DNA of 64,000 nucleotides from Bacilli bacterium (GTDB lineage Bacteria > Bacillota_I > Bacilli_A > RF39 > UBA660): the NCBI GenBank assembly GCA_017536505.1, contig JAFXHG010000027.1, forward strand, positions 89,286 to 153,285, in the 5' to 3' direction. This document shows, piece by piece, positions 38,371 to 49,008 of this stretch; position 1 is the stretch's first letter; each line of letters starts with the position of its first letter. Under the pieces are notes generated by a model, which saw only the letters and a program-made list of their open reading frames with translations, was not told where the DNA came from and made no database searches. The translations under genes were made by a program, and so were the position numbers.

Positions 38371-39141
38371 ATGAATGAAAATAAAACTAATATAAATTGG
38401 TATCCAGGACACATGGCTAAAACTAAAAGATTAATAAGCGAAAATATTAATTTAATAGATGTAGTGTATGAAGTGATAGATGCTAGAATGCCATACTCAT
38501 CTAAAATTAAAGATATAGATAATTATATAAAAAATAAAAAAAGAATACTTATTATGACTAAAATAGATTTATGTGATATGGATGAAACTAATAAATTAAT
38601 GGAAGAAGAAAATAATAAAAGAATTGATAAGGGTATGTCTAAAAGAAAGACAAGAGCTTTAGTAGTTGGTATACCTAACGTAGGAAAAAGTACTTTAATA
38701 AATAGATTAGTAGGTAAAAAAGTTGCAAGTGTAGGAAATAAACCTGGTGTGACTAAAAATCTTAATTGGATAAGAGTAAATAATGATATAGAGCTTATGG
38801 ATACTCCAGGTATATTATGGCCAAAACTTGATGAAGAGAGTGTTGCTTTAAATCTTGCTAGTTTAACTGCTATAAAAGAAGAGATACTTCCAATAGATAG
38901 AGTAGTAATTTATATATTAAATACTTTAGATAAGTATTATAATTCTATTTTAAAAGATAGATATGGTATAGATAAAGTTAATAATGAAGAAATAGAAGAA
39001 ACTTTAGAAGCAATAGGTAGAAAAAGAGGATGCTTAGTTCGTGGTGGAGTAGTTGATTATGATAAAGTTTATACTGTAGTTATAAATGATATTAAAACAG
39101 GTGCTTTAAAAGGGATTACATTCGATAGATATAATAAATAA
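38371..39141 (+). CDS. rbgA: Ribosome biogenesis GTPase RbgA (internal deletion)
   Basis: WYPGHMAK, DARMP, TKID, GIPNVGKSTL, KPGVT, DTPG; segment between G4 and G1 is short. Confidence 0.92.
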   Translation: MNENKTNINWYPGHMAKTKRLISENINLIDVVYEVIDARMPYSSKIKDIDNYIKNKKRILIMTKIDLCDMDETNKLMEEENNKRIDKGMSKRKTRALVVGIPNVGKSTLINRLVGKKVASVGNKPGVTKNLNWIRVNNDIELMDTPGILWPKLDEESVALNLASLTAIKEEILPIDRVVIYILNTLDKYYNSILKDRYGIDKVNNEEIEETLEAIGRKRGCLVRGGVVDYDKVYTVVINDIKTGALKGITFDRYNK

Positions 39142-39160
39142 TTAATTTTAAGGGGGTATT

Positions 39161-39808
39161 ATGAGAGAAAACAAAAAATATATCATAAATAAAACTGCAA
39201 AATATAAAATTCCTTGTTTAATCACACTCTCAGGACTTCCTGGAAGTGGAAAGACAGTATGTGCTAAAGTATTGTCAAAAAATTTAAAAGTGTTTATAGT
39301 AAGCAATGATTTTATAAGAAGTAGTTGTATTAATGATAATCAAAAAATTATTGATGAAAAAACAAGAGAAATACAAAATAAGAAAGTTTTATTAATGAAT
39401 GCTAAAAGGTTACTACAGTTATTTTCTAATAGAGTTAGTGTTGTTTTAGATAGTGATTCAAATGATATTGAAAAGTTTAAAAAAATAGAATTATTAACTA
39501 AATTTTTTAGATATCAAATTATAAAAATAAAAATTAATTCTGTTAGTGACTCTGTTAATTTATCTAGAATTAAAAAAAGAAAAGATGAGGATACTAGAAT
39601 TTTAGATTCTGGAATAATAGGTGATAAAATAAGTTCTTTTTGTCATAGTGAACAAACATATTATGATATAAAATCAAGAAAACCTCAATTACTAGATGAT
39701 AATTTTTTTGATTATGTTTTGAATAATGATGGAGACTTAGACAAATATATAAACGAAATAAATAATATTAGTGAAGAAATTATTTCAAAAAGATTAACTT
39801 TAAAATAG
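39161..39808 (+). CDS. P-loop kinase-like protein (AAA_33 type)
   Basis: LSGLPGSGKT, VSNDFIR, VVLDS. Confidence 0.7.
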   Translation: MRENKKYIINKTAKYKIPCLITLSGLPGSGKTVCAKVLSKNLKVFIVSNDFIRSSCINDNQKIIDEKTREIQNKKVLLMNAKRLLQLFSNRVSVVLDSDSNDIEKFKKIELLTKFFRYQIIKIKINSVSDSVNLSRIKKRKDEDTRILDSGIIGDKISSFCHSEQTYYDIKSRKPQLLDDNFFDYVLNNDGDLDKYINEINNISEEIISKRLTLK

Positions 39809-39816
39809 GTGATGTA

Positions 39817-40182
39817 ATGAATAAAAATATGTTGGTTTTAGCTTATTTAGGTGATAGTATATATGAAACATATATTAGAAAATATTTAATAGATAAAGGT
39901 TTATGTAAAGTAAAAGAATTACAAAGTGAATCTATAAAATATGTAAGCGCTAAAGGACAAGCTATGTATTTAAAAGAAATGATGGATAATAATTTCTTTG
40001 ATAATAAAGAACTAAATATAATTATGACAGCTCGAAATCATAAAAATAATCATAAACCTAAAAATTGTGATATAATTACTTATAAGTATGCAACAGGGTT
40101 TGAAGCTTTAATAGGATATCTATATTTAGAAGAAAAAATAGATAGAATAGAAGAAATAATAAATTATATATTAGGGAGGTAG
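39817..40182 (+). CDS. mrnC: Mini-ribonuclease III
   Basis: LAYLGDSIYE, VSAKGQA, ARN, YKYATGFEALIG. Confidence 0.95.
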   Translation: MNKNMLVLAYLGDSIYETYIRKYLIDKGLCKVKELQSESIKYVSAKGQAMYLKEMMDNNFFDNKELNIIMTARNHKNNHKPKNCDIITYKYATGFEALIGYLYLEEKIDRIEEIINYILGR

Positions 40183-40184
40183 TT

Positions 40185-40880
40185 ATGCTAGTATTTGGTA
40201 AGAATGTAGCTTTAGAATATTTAAATAGTGATAAAAAAATATATAAGGCATTTATACAAAATAACTTTAATGATTATGATTTAATGAATAAAATAAAACA
40301 TAAAAATATTAAAGTACAAACATTACAAAAAATAGATATGGATAAAAAAGTTAGTGGATTACACCAAGGAATAATACTTGATGTAGAAGATTATAAGTAT
40401 GCTGATATTTATGATATTATAAGTGATACTGATAGTTTACTTGTTATGTTAGATCACATAGAAGATCCACATAATTTTGGAGCTATCATTAGATCTTGTG
40501 AAGCTGCAGGTGTAGATGGTATAATTATACCTACTGATAGAAGTGTAGAAGTAAATTCTACTGTTATAAAAACTAGTGTAGGAACTACTGAAAAAATGAA
40601 AATTGCTAGAGTTACTAATTTAAATAGTACAATTAAACTTCTAAAAGATAAAGGTTATTGGATATTTGGTACCGATATGGATGGTACTGATTATACTAAG
40701 TTAGATTATAAAGGTAAAACTTGTATAATATGTGGTAATGAAGGATCTGGTATGTCTAAACTAGTAAGAGAAAATTGTGATTTTATAGCTAGTATACCAA
40801 TGATGGGAGAAGTTAATAGTTTAAATGCTTCAGTAGCTACAGCAATAATAGTATTTGAAGCAGTTAAACAAAGAATATAA
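40185..40880 (+). CDS. rlmB: 23S rRNA (G2251-2'-O)-methyltransferase
   Basis: HQG, DPHNFGAIIRS, GNEGSG, SLNASVA. Confidence 0.95.
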   Translation: MLVFGKNVALEYLNSDKKIYKAFIQNNFNDYDLMNKIKHKNIKVQTLQKIDMDKKVSGLHQGIILDVEDYKYADIYDIISDTDSLLVMLDHIEDPHNFGAIIRSCEAAGVDGIIIPTDRSVEVNSTVIKTSVGTTEKMKIARVTNLNSTIKLLKDKGYWIFGTDMDGTDYTKLDYKGKTCIICGNEGSGMSKLVRENCDFIASIPMMGEVNSLNASVATAIIVFEAVKQRI

Positions 40881-40895
40881 AAAGGTGAGTGATTC

Positions 40896-41495
40896 ATGGA
40901 ATATAAAGATTTTAATGACTATGAACTTTTAAATTATATAGCAGAAAATAATGAAGATGCTAATAATATAATTATTAAGAAGTATGAACCATTAATAAAT
41001 AAAATCGCTACAAAAATGCTTCCATATTGTAAAAATAATGGACTAGAAAAAAGTGATTTAGTTCAAGAAGGTATGATAGGTTTAAACCATGCAATAGAAA
41101 GATATCATGAACAAAAAGATGTATTATTTTATACATATGCTAAAAAATGTATAGAAAGAAAAATAATAAGTGTTGTAGTAGCATCTAATAGAAATAAAAA
41201 TAAAATATTAAACGAATCTATATCTTACGATGATGATGAAAATTTATTACTTAGATTTATAAAATCAGAAACACCTAGTCCAGAAGAAGAAATGTTAAAT
41301 ATAGAATTAGAAGAAGATTTGTTACAAAAAATAAAAGAAAAATTAACAGACTTAGAAGAACAAGTATTTAATCTTTTAATATCAGGATTTAAATATAAAG
41401 AAATAGCAGAAATATTAGATAAAGATGGTAAGTCTATAGATAATGCTATACAAAGAATTAAAGTAAAAATAAAAAACATGTTAAATGAAGATTGA
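40896..41495 (+). CDS. sigH: SigH-like alternative sigma factor
   Basis: DLVQEGMIGL, YKEIA, KSIDNAIQRIK; canonical position after mrnC-rlmB. Confidence 0.85.
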   Translation: MEYKDFNDYELLNYIAENNEDANNIIIKKYEPLINKIATKMLPYCKNNGLEKSDLVQEGMIGLNHAIERYHEQKDVLFYTYAKKCIERKIISVVVASNRNKNKILNESISYDDDENLLLRFIKSETPSPEEEMLNIELEEDLLQKIKEKLTDLEEQVFNLLISGFKYKEIAEILDKDGKSIDNAIQRIKVKIKNMLNED

Positions 41496-41554
41496 TTTTC
41501 AATCTTTTTATTTTAATATTTTTAAAAGTATAGTATAATAATATTGGTGATAGT

Positions 41555-42514
41555 ATGAATATTGAAGATATCGAAATAAAAAGAGATTTAAGAGTAGTAT
41601 TCATGGGTACTCCAGATTTTAGTGTACCTATACTTGATGCATTAATAAAAAATTATAAAGTTAAAGCAGTAGTAACACAACCTGATAAACAAGTAGGTAG
41701 AAGTGGTAAGATAGCTAAACCACCAGTAAAGATACTTGCAGAAGAAAATAGTATACTTGTTATTCAATTAGATAAAATAAAAGAACAATATCAAGAAATA
41801 ATAGATTTAGATCCAGATTTAATAGTAACTTGTGCTTATGGACAAATACTTCCTAAAGAACTTTTGGATTATCCAAGATTAGGATGTATTAATGTTCATG
41901 CTTCATTACTTCCAAAACTTAGAGGAGGAGCACCTATTCATAGAGCTATTATAGAAGGTCATTCTAAATCAGGAGTAACTATTATGTATATGGCTCCTGG
42001 TATGGATGATGGAGATATGATAAGCCAAAAAGAAGTAGAAATAACTGATATTGATACTGCTAGTACTTTACACGATAAATTAAGTAAATTAGGAAGTGAA
42101 TTATTAATAGAAACACTACCTAGTATAATAAATGGTACTAATGAAAGAATACCTCAAGATAGTAGTAAAGTAACTTTCGCACCTATAATAAAACCAGTAG
42201 ATGAAAAAATTGATTTTAGTAAAACAAGTAGGCAAGTATATAATCAAATAAGAGGATTAAATAGTTTTCCTGGTGCTTACTTTATGTTAGATGGAAAAAG
42301 ATTTAAAGTATGGGAATCAATCATAGTAGATGAATATTTTCCAACTAATTTAGATGGAGAAATAGTAAAAATATATAAAGAGGGTATTGGAGTTAAGACT
42401 CACAATGGTGTTATTGTTTTGACAGTTATACAACCAGAAGGCAAATCAAAAATGAAAACTAGAGATTATTTAAATGGATTAAAAGAATCTTTAGTTGGTA
42501 AAGTGATAGGGTAG
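41555..42514 (+). CDS. fmt: Methionyl-tRNA formyltransferase
   Basis: FMGTPDF, VTQPD, NVHASLLP, RGGAPI, DDG. Confidence 0.97.
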   Translation: MNIEDIEIKRDLRVVFMGTPDFSVPILDALIKNYKVKAVVTQPDKQVGRSGKIAKPPVKILAEENSILVIQLDKIKEQYQEIIDLDPDLIVTCAYGQILPKELLDYPRLGCINVHASLLPKLRGGAPIHRAIIEGHSKSGVTIMYMAPGMDDGDMISQKEVEITDIDTASTLHDKLSKLGSELLIETLPSIINGTNERIPQDSSKVTFAPIIKPVDEKIDFSKTSRQVYNQIRGLNSFPGAYFMLDGKRFKVWESIIVDEYFPTNLDGEIVKIYKEGIGVKTHNGVIVLTVIQPEGKSKMKTRDYLNGLKESLVGKVIG

Positions 42515-42521
42515 TGATATT

Positions 42522-43151
42522 ATGAATTTTTTTAAAAAAGTAAATGAAGATTTAAAAGATCCAAAAAAGAAAGCTTTAACTAAATTAGGAATATATGCAG
42601 TTTTCTTTATAATTGTATTTATATTTATAGGAATGGGAAGTAATTCTACAACTCCTCCTGTTTATACAGAAGAAGAAACTACTAATGATGTAACAAATTA
42701 TGAATATATTTATAAAATAAATAATAATGAAATATTAAATGAAATAACTGGAACACTAAATAATAATGAAGATTCATTTAATTATAATGGTCTTAATTAT
42801 ATAAAAAAAGAGGACATTATCTATTTAAATAATGCTCCTATAACTATTGATTTTGATGTAGATAGATATAAATATAATAAAATAGAATTATTAATAGAAA
42901 ATAGTGATTCTAAAACTACATATACTGATAATAATAAAGTAGTTTATAATATGTCAGCAAATGAGTATTTTGCTTTACTAAATGAAATGAATAATTGTAA
43001 TAATATTGATTGTACAATAATAAATATACCTATAACAGTAGAATCTGATACATATATTAATCATGTAATAATAGATTTAAGTAATTATTATGGTTATAAA
43101 TACATAATAGATATAAATTATAATAATATAAATAAAATAAGCGCAAATTAA
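42522..43151 (+). CDS. Hypothetical membrane-anchored protein
   Basis: One TM helix near the N-terminus; SD present. Confidence 0.65.
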   Translation: MNFFKKVNEDLKDPKKKALTKLGIYAVFFIIVFIFIGMGSNSTTPPVYTEEETTNDVTNYEYIYKINNNEILNEITGTLNNNEDSFNYNGLNYIKKEDIIYLNNAPITIDFDVDRYKYNKIELLIENSDSKTTYTDNNKVVYNMSANEYFALLNEMNNCNNIDCTIINIPITVESDTYINHVIIDLSNYYGYKYIIDINYNNINKISAN

Positions 43152-43156
43152 TGTGC

Positions 43157-44008
43157 TTATTTTATTATTTTGTTTAATATATTAAGTGCAAGGTCTTTAG
43201 TTTTGTTATCTATATCTAATGATGGATTTAATTCTACTAAATCAATAGATTTAACAAGTTCTTTATGTTTTAACATTTCATCAACAATTAAATACATATC
43301 AGAATCACTAATACCATTATCTTCTGGAATACTAACTCCAGGAGCAATATTAGGATCAATTACATCTAAATCTAAACTTACATGAACGCCATTAGCATTG
43401 TTAGTAGCTATATCAATAGCTTTTTTCATGATTTTATCTGCACCTTCATTTTTTACATCTTCTGTTGTAAATATAGTAACACCTGCATCAATCATATTAC
43501 CAATTTCCCAAGGATCAATACTTCTAGCGCCTACAACTACACAGTTTTTAGGGTTAATATAATTATTTGTTATAAAGTTTGTAAGTTCTTCACACTTATA
43601 ACCTGTAATAGCTGCTAATGGAAGCCCATGTATATTACCTGATTTAGTAGTCTCAAATGTATTATAGTCTCCATGTGCATCTACCCAAATAATACCTATA
43701 TTATCATAGTATTTTTGACTTGCTAAAGCACTCCCAATAACACAACTATGATCTCCTCCAATAAGTAGAGGAGTTTTATTATCTTCAAGTATATTTAAGG
43801 TAGTATTAAATACTTTCTTAGTAAAATTATTTATATACTTTTCATTTTTTCTTAAGTCTTCAGGATCTAAACTTTTTTTAATATTTTCTTTTTCAATAAT
43901 ATAATTTTCAATATCAAAATTATTAGTTAATAAAGTAGGTCCTTTTTCACTCCCACATACATGTACACCTAAATCACTACATGCACTTATAAAATTTATG
44001 TTTTTCAT
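43157..44008 (-). CDS. rocF: Arginase family ureohydrolase
   Basis: GGDHS, WVDAHGDYN, SGNIHGLP, SLDLDVIDP, VELNP. Confidence 0.88.
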   Translation of the reverse strand: MKNINFISACSDLGVHVCGSEKGPTLLTNNFDIENYIIEKENIKKSLDPEDLRKNEKYINNFTKKVFNTTLNILEDNKTPLLIGGDHSCVIGSALASQKYYDNIGIIWVDAHGDYNTFETTKSGNIHGLPLAAITGYKCEELTNFITNNYINPKNCVVVGARSIDPWEIGNMIDAGVTIFTTEDVKNEGADKIMKKAIDIATNNANGVHVSLDLDVIDPNIAPGVSIPEDNGISDSDMYLIVDEMLKHKELVKSIDLVELNPSLDIDNKTKDLALNILNKIIK

Positions 44009-44142
44009 TCTATCACCTTTAATATATTCATGATAAAGGAATTAAACTTTAATGTCAAGAAAATAAAGAAATTCATAATAAAATAAGTAAATTAATTGTA
44101 AAAGGGTTGAAGTTTGTTATATAATATAATTGTGGTGATAAT

Positions 44143-45579
44143 ATGAAAAAGTTAAATGAATTAATTAATTGTAATTATGATATAGAAATTAAAGGTATAA
44201 AAATTAATTCTAAAGAAATAGAAAATGGAGATTTATTTGTTTGTACAGATATGGGTACTTTAGATAGACATGATTTTATAGATGATGCGATTGAAAGGGG
44301 AGCGGTTGCTGTAATAGTAAAAAAAGAAGTAGGAGAAAAAAGTGTACCTATATTAAAAGTAGATAATCCTAATGAAGTTTTACCTATAATAGAATCTAAA
44401 TTTTATGATGCTCCAGAAAGTAAACTTACTATGATAGGTGTTACTGGAACAGATGGTAAAACTAGTGTAGCTACTATGGTTCAAACATTACTTGGTTTAG
44501 AAAACAGTGGATATATAGGAACTAATGGATATAGTTGTGCTAAATTTAACAAAGATACAAATAATACTACTCCAGATTCAGATAAACTTTATGGATATTT
44601 AAGAGAATTTGTAGATGCTGATTGTAAATACTGTTCTATGGAAGTTTGTAGTGAAGCACTTATGAGGGGTAGAGTTAAAAATATAGAATATGATGTATCT
44701 ATATTAACTAATATTACTAGTGAACATTTAAATATTCATGGTACTTTAGAAAACTATATTGCTGATAAGTGTAAATTATTTAGTCAAACTAAAAAAGATG
44801 GCTATTGTATTTTAAATAAAGATGATGAACATTTTCTTCAAGCTAAAGAAACAGCCAATGGGAAAATATTAACTTATGGAGAAGGTACAGATAATGATTT
44901 ATATTTTAAAAATATAAGATTATATCCAGGTAGAAATTTATTTACAATAGTTTATAAAGATAAGGAATATGAAATAGATAGTCCTATGGCAGGGTTATTT
45001 AATATATATAATCTAAGTGCAGCTATACTTACTTTATTTGCTCTTGGTTATGATTTTGATTATATAGAAAAAAGAATACCTTTACTTAAAGTAAGTGGAA
45101 GACTAGAAATGATTGATATGGGTCAAGATTTCTATGTAATGGTAGATTATGCTCATACACCAAATGGAATAACTAAACTACTTGAATACGTAAGATTACT
45201 CCCAATAAAAAGAAGTATAGTAGTAATTGGTCAAGCTGGAGAAAGAGATCCTTATAAAAGAAATACTGTAGGTGAAATAGTTTCTAAAAATTGTGATCTT
45301 GCCATATTTACTTATGAAGATCCAAGATCAGAAGATCCTAGAGATATAATAGAAATGATGATTGAAAATATAAAAGATAGAAACAATTATGAAATAATAA
45401 TTGATAGAAGTGAAGCAATTAAAAGAGCTATAGATGTAGCGAGACCAGGGGACATGGTTATGGTTCTTGGTAAAGGTAATGAAACTTATGAAAAATTAAA
45501 AGATAGAGTAATTTACTTTAACGATATCGAAGAATGTAAAAAACATTTAAGTGATAGATTAAAAGTAACTAATAGATAG
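44143..45579 (+). CDS. murE: MurE-family ligase, paralog 1 (EDPR motif, likely non-DAP/Lys type)
   Basis: GVTGTDGKT, TTPD, MEVCS, DYAHTP, GQAGERD, YEDPR, GKGNE. Confidence 0.88.
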   Translation: MKKLNELINCNYDIEIKGIKINSKEIENGDLFVCTDMGTLDRHDFIDDAIERGAVAVIVKKEVGEKSVPILKVDNPNEVLPIIESKFYDAPESKLTMIGVTGTDGKTSVATMVQTLLGLENSGYIGTNGYSCAKFNKDTNNTTPDSDKLYGYLREFVDADCKYCSMEVCSEALMRGRVKNIEYDVSILTNITSEHLNIHGTLENYIADKCKLFSQTKKDGYCILNKDDEHFLQAKETANGKILTYGEGTDNDLYFKNIRLYPGRNLFTIVYKDKEYEIDSPMAGLFNIYNLSAAILTLFALGYDFDYIEKRIPLLKVSGRLEMIDMGQDFYVMVDYAHTPNGITKLLEYVRLLPIKRSIVVIGQAGERDPYKRNTVGEIVSKNCDLAIFTYEDPRSEDPRDIIEMMIENIKDRNNYEIIIDRSEAIKRAIDVARPGDMVMVLGKGNETYEKLKDRVIYFNDIEECKKHLSDRLKVTNR

Positions 45580-45592
45580 TCAGGGTGGCAAA

Positions 45593-46180
45593 ATGAAAAA
45601 ATATAGTGTATTTAGACTTTATGTGGTAGAAAAAGATGGGCATAAATTTATATGCGAAAGAATTTATAGTTATGAGTATAGAGAAGTACTCACAAAAGAA
45701 AAATTAATATTAGAAGAAAATGATAAAGTTGAATCGTTAACAAACTGGTATGCATTAGCAGTTATCGGATTTTTTGATTTAGGCTATAATATAATAACAA
45801 ATCCATTGATGTTAACAAAGAAAGATGTTTTATATAAATATATTGAAATAAATGAAAGAGTAGTAAGTAAAAATATTGATATGGATGATTTGTTAAAAAG
45901 ACAACAAGAAGAATTAGAAGGATTAAAAGTTTTAGCAAAAGAATGTCCTGAACTTGCTAAAAAATATTCATTAGAAAAACTTCAAGGTACAGGAATACTT
46001 GATGAAAATGGGGATTTAAAAGAACCTTATAATGAAATATTTACTAAAAAAACTCCTGCAGAAATAATGTCAGATATGTGGCATGATTATGCAGAAACTG
46101 TTAAAGATGATATACCAGACATTCCTATAATGAGCGCTAAGGAATATTTTGAAGAGCAAAAAAAATTAGAAAAAAAATAA
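45593..46180 (+). CDS. Hypothetical protein
   Basis: ORF with SD; no recognised motif. Confidence 0.6.
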   Translation: MKKYSVFRLYVVEKDGHKFICERIYSYEYREVLTKEKLILEENDKVESLTNWYALAVIGFFDLGYNIITNPLMLTKKDVLYKYIEINERVVSKNIDMDDLLKRQQEELEGLKVLAKECPELAKKYSLEKLQGTGILDENGDLKEPYNEIFTKKTPAEIMSDMWHDYAETVKDDIPDIPIMSAKEYFEEQKKLEKK

Positions 46181-46193
46181 GAATAATTCATTC

Positions 46194-46805
46194 TTATTTT
46201 TTCTTTTTTACTTTAACATTTTCTCTGTTAACACTATCTACTATTTCATTATTTTCAAAAGCAACATTTAAAAAATTTCTTGATGCTATGTAATCACATA
46301 AATGAACTAAAAGTTCATCATCTAATGAGGGAACAGGAAGAATTACATTTCCGTTTTTATCTTTGTTCCAAGGCCCCATGTGAGATGCAATTAATCTAGC
46401 AACGCATTTGGCATCTTCTAATGAAATAGATAGCAAGTTTATATTTTCTACAATATAATTAGACATAAGTGTAGGGTGTTCACTACAAGTGTGTCCGCTA
46501 TAAGTAATACCAGATTTAAACCCATCATGTAGAATTATAGCCATTCTAATTAAATCTTTTTTGTGATCATCAAAATTACTGAAGACTTCATCTTTAAATA
46601 ATTCTTCACAAATTCTACTTGCGACTTTAACATGTCTAACTAATCCACCATCTCCTAAAGAAAATTCAGGGTGATATTTTCCAGAAGTAGAAGCAGGCAT
46701 GTTATAAAAATAATCAGGTAATAAGTTTAGAATTATTTCAGTACTTTGTCTTACATCTTCGTTTTTTATTTTTTCTAATTCAACATTAAAACAATCTTTT
46801 TTCAT
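46194..46805 (-). CDS. HD-domain phosphohydrolase
   Basis: PASTSGKYHP, GGLVRH, ILHDGFK, SHMGPW, HLCDY. Confidence 0.85.
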   Translation of the reverse strand: MKKDCFNVELEKIKNEDVRQSTEIILNLLPDYFYNMPASTSGKYHPEFSLGDGGLVRHVKVASRICEELFKDEVFSNFDDHKKDLIRMAIILHDGFKSGITYSGHTCSEHPTLMSNYIVENINLLSISLEDAKCVARLIASHMGPWNKDKNGNVILPVPSLDDELLVHLCDYIASRNFLNVAFENNEIVDSVNRENVKVKKKK

Positions 46806-46810
46806 TTTAT

Positions 46811-47542
46811 TTATTTCCTTTCCATTGATAATGTTTTTATATTTTTTTTATTATATGACCAAGATTTTATTATTGTATCAATTAAGTCATTATCATCAAA
46901 TTTAATTTCTTCTCGATTTAATAATACTAAAGGCTTATTTAATGCATATGCTACACCAAGGTCAAAAACACTACCAGTGCTTGTTTGATCATAATAAATA
47001 TCTATTTCTTCTGAAGTTGCAACAGCTAAAGCATTTTGTTTACATATAGCATACCCACCAAATAAATCACTTTGTACAGTATGAAGATGAGGTGCGTGTA
47101 TAGTATATCCATCACTATATTTTTCTTTAACAAAATTTTCGATCCATTGCCTCTGACTATCTGTAGCGTTTCTAACAGGACAGATTAAAAATATTTTATT
47201 ATCAATAGGATTATTATTTATTTTTTCTATTTTAACACCAAGTCTTTTAATATTTTCAATTCTTTTATCCATTTCTGTTATAACTTTAGAATTATCAAAT
47301 TCATAATCTCCAATTTTACTCCAAACATAAGGCATCATAGAAAAAGATTTATTAGTTTCTTTTAAATTTAATTTGTGTTCATTTAATAATTTTATTTTTA
47401 TTCCATTTACAAATAACATTCCTAAAATAAATAGACATTTTTTATTATTAGGTTCTAATATAATTTCTGCTTCCTTTGAATTTTGAATTTTTATAAGTTC
47501 TTCATCAATATTTATATTATCATAGTTTAAATATCTTAACAT
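46811..47542 (-). CDS. Protein with C-terminal nucleoside 2-deoxyribosyltransferase-like domain
   Basis: KIFLICPVR, STGSVFDLGVAYALNKP; strong AGGAGG SD. Confidence 0.6.
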   Translation of the reverse strand: MLRYLNYDNINIDEELIKIQNSKEAEIILEPNNKKCLFILGMLFVNGIKIKLLNEHKLNLKETNKSFSMMPYVWSKIGDYEFDNSKVITEMDKRIENIKRLGVKIEKINNNPIDNKIFLICPVRNATDSQRQWIENFVKEKYSDGYTIHAPHLHTVQSDLFGGYAICKQNALAVATSEEIDIYYDQTSTGSVFDLGVAYALNKPLVLLNREEIKFDDNDLIDTIIKSWSYNKKNIKTLSMERK

Positions 47543-47669
47543 CTTAAAACCCTCCTAAAAATATTATATCATAATTGATATTCACAGTTAAAAAAATATT
47601 CATTTTTATACAACTTTTTATAAAAACACCAACACACCTCTAATTCATAAAATATATTGAGGTGTTTTT

Positions 47670-49001
47670 ATGAATATAAAAATAGATTCTAGAAAAGTTA
47701 TAAAAGGAGATACCTTTATAGCTTTAAGAGGAATAAATAATGATGGTCATAAGTATGTTATGGATGCGATAGAAAATGGCGCTACGACTGTTATAGTAGA
47801 AGAAGGAGAATATAGTGTTAATACTATTGTAGTAAAAGATACTAAAGAATATTTAAAAGAATATCTTGAAAATAATTATTATGATGAAATAAAAAAATTA
47901 AAACTTATTGGGATGACAGGTACAAATGGTAAAACTACTACTTGTTATCTTATATATCAAGCTTTAAATAAAATAAATAAAAAGTGTGCTTATATTGGGA
48001 CTTTAGGTTTTTATTTAACTGATGAAAAAAGAATACTTTCTAATACAACACCAAATCTTTATGAAATATATGAAATGTTGTTAGAGTGTGTAAATAAAAA
48101 TTATGAATATGTAGTAATGGAAGTAAGTAGTCAAGGACTATCAATGGGTAGGGTAGATACTCTTGTTTTTGATTATGTAATATTTTCTAATTTGACTCAA
48201 GATCATTTAGATTATCATGGTACAATTGAAAATTATGTATTAGAAAAACAAAAACTATTTAAGATGACCAATAATAGTTTGGCATTTATAAATAGTGATG
48301 ATGAATATAAAGATTATTTTATTTTAGATAATAAAAATATAACTTATGGAAAAACTAGTAATGATTATAAAATAAGTAATATAAAATCTACTATAAAAGG
48401 ATCTAGTTTTAAATTAAATGATGAAAAGTACTTTACTAAATTAATTGGTGAATATAATGTTTATAATATAACTGTAGTAATTTTATTATTAAAACTATTA
48501 GATATAGAAAATATAGAAGAAATAATAAGTAATTTAGATTCACCTAATGGTAGAATGGATATAATAAATTATAAAGATAATGTAATAATTATAGATTATG
48601 CGCATACTCCTGATGCTGTAGAAAAAATAATAACTAATGTATCTAAATTAAATCATAATAGAATAATAACTTTAATAGGTTGTGGTGGTAATAGAGACAA
48701 AACTAAAAGAAGTATAATGGGTGACATAGCAACCAAATATTCAGATCGTGTAGTATTTACTAGTGACAACCCAAGATATGAAAAACCTAAAAAAATACTA
48801 AAAGACATAGTATGTAAACTTGACAAAAAAAACTATAAAATAATTGTAAATAGAGAAAAAGCTATAAAGAAAAGTATACAAATGCTATCAAAAAATGATA
48901 TACTATTATTGTTAGGAAAAGGACATGAAGATTATCAGATAATAAAAGATAAAAAAATTCCTTTTAGTGATAAAGAAAAAGTAATGAAATATTTGAGGTG
49001 A
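47670..49001 (+). CDS. murE: MurE-family ligase, paralog 2 (DNPR motif, meso-DAP type)
   Basis: GMTGTNGKT, NTTP, MEVSS, DHLDYH, DYAHTPD, GCGGNRD, SDNPR, GKGHE. Confidence 0.92.
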   Translation: MNIKIDSRKVIKGDTFIALRGINNDGHKYVMDAIENGATTVIVEEGEYSVNTIVVKDTKEYLKEYLENNYYDEIKKLKLIGMTGTNGKTTTCYLIYQALNKINKKCAYIGTLGFYLTDEKRILSNTTPNLYEIYEMLLECVNKNYEYVVMEVSSQGLSMGRVDTLVFDYVIFSNLTQDHLDYHGTIENYVLEKQKLFKMTNNSLAFINSDDEYKDYFILDNKNITYGKTSNDYKISNIKSTIKGSSFKLNDEKYFTKLIGEYNVYNITVVILLLKLLDIENIEEIISNLDSPNGRMDIINYKDNVIIIDYAHTPDAVEKIITNVSKLNHNRIITLIGCGGNRDKTKRSIMGDIATKYSDRVVFTSDNPRYEKPKKILKDIVCKLDKKNYKIIVNREKAIKKSIQMLSKNDILLLLGKGHEDYQIIKDKKIPFSDKEKVMKYLR

Positions 49002-49008
49002 TTATAAT

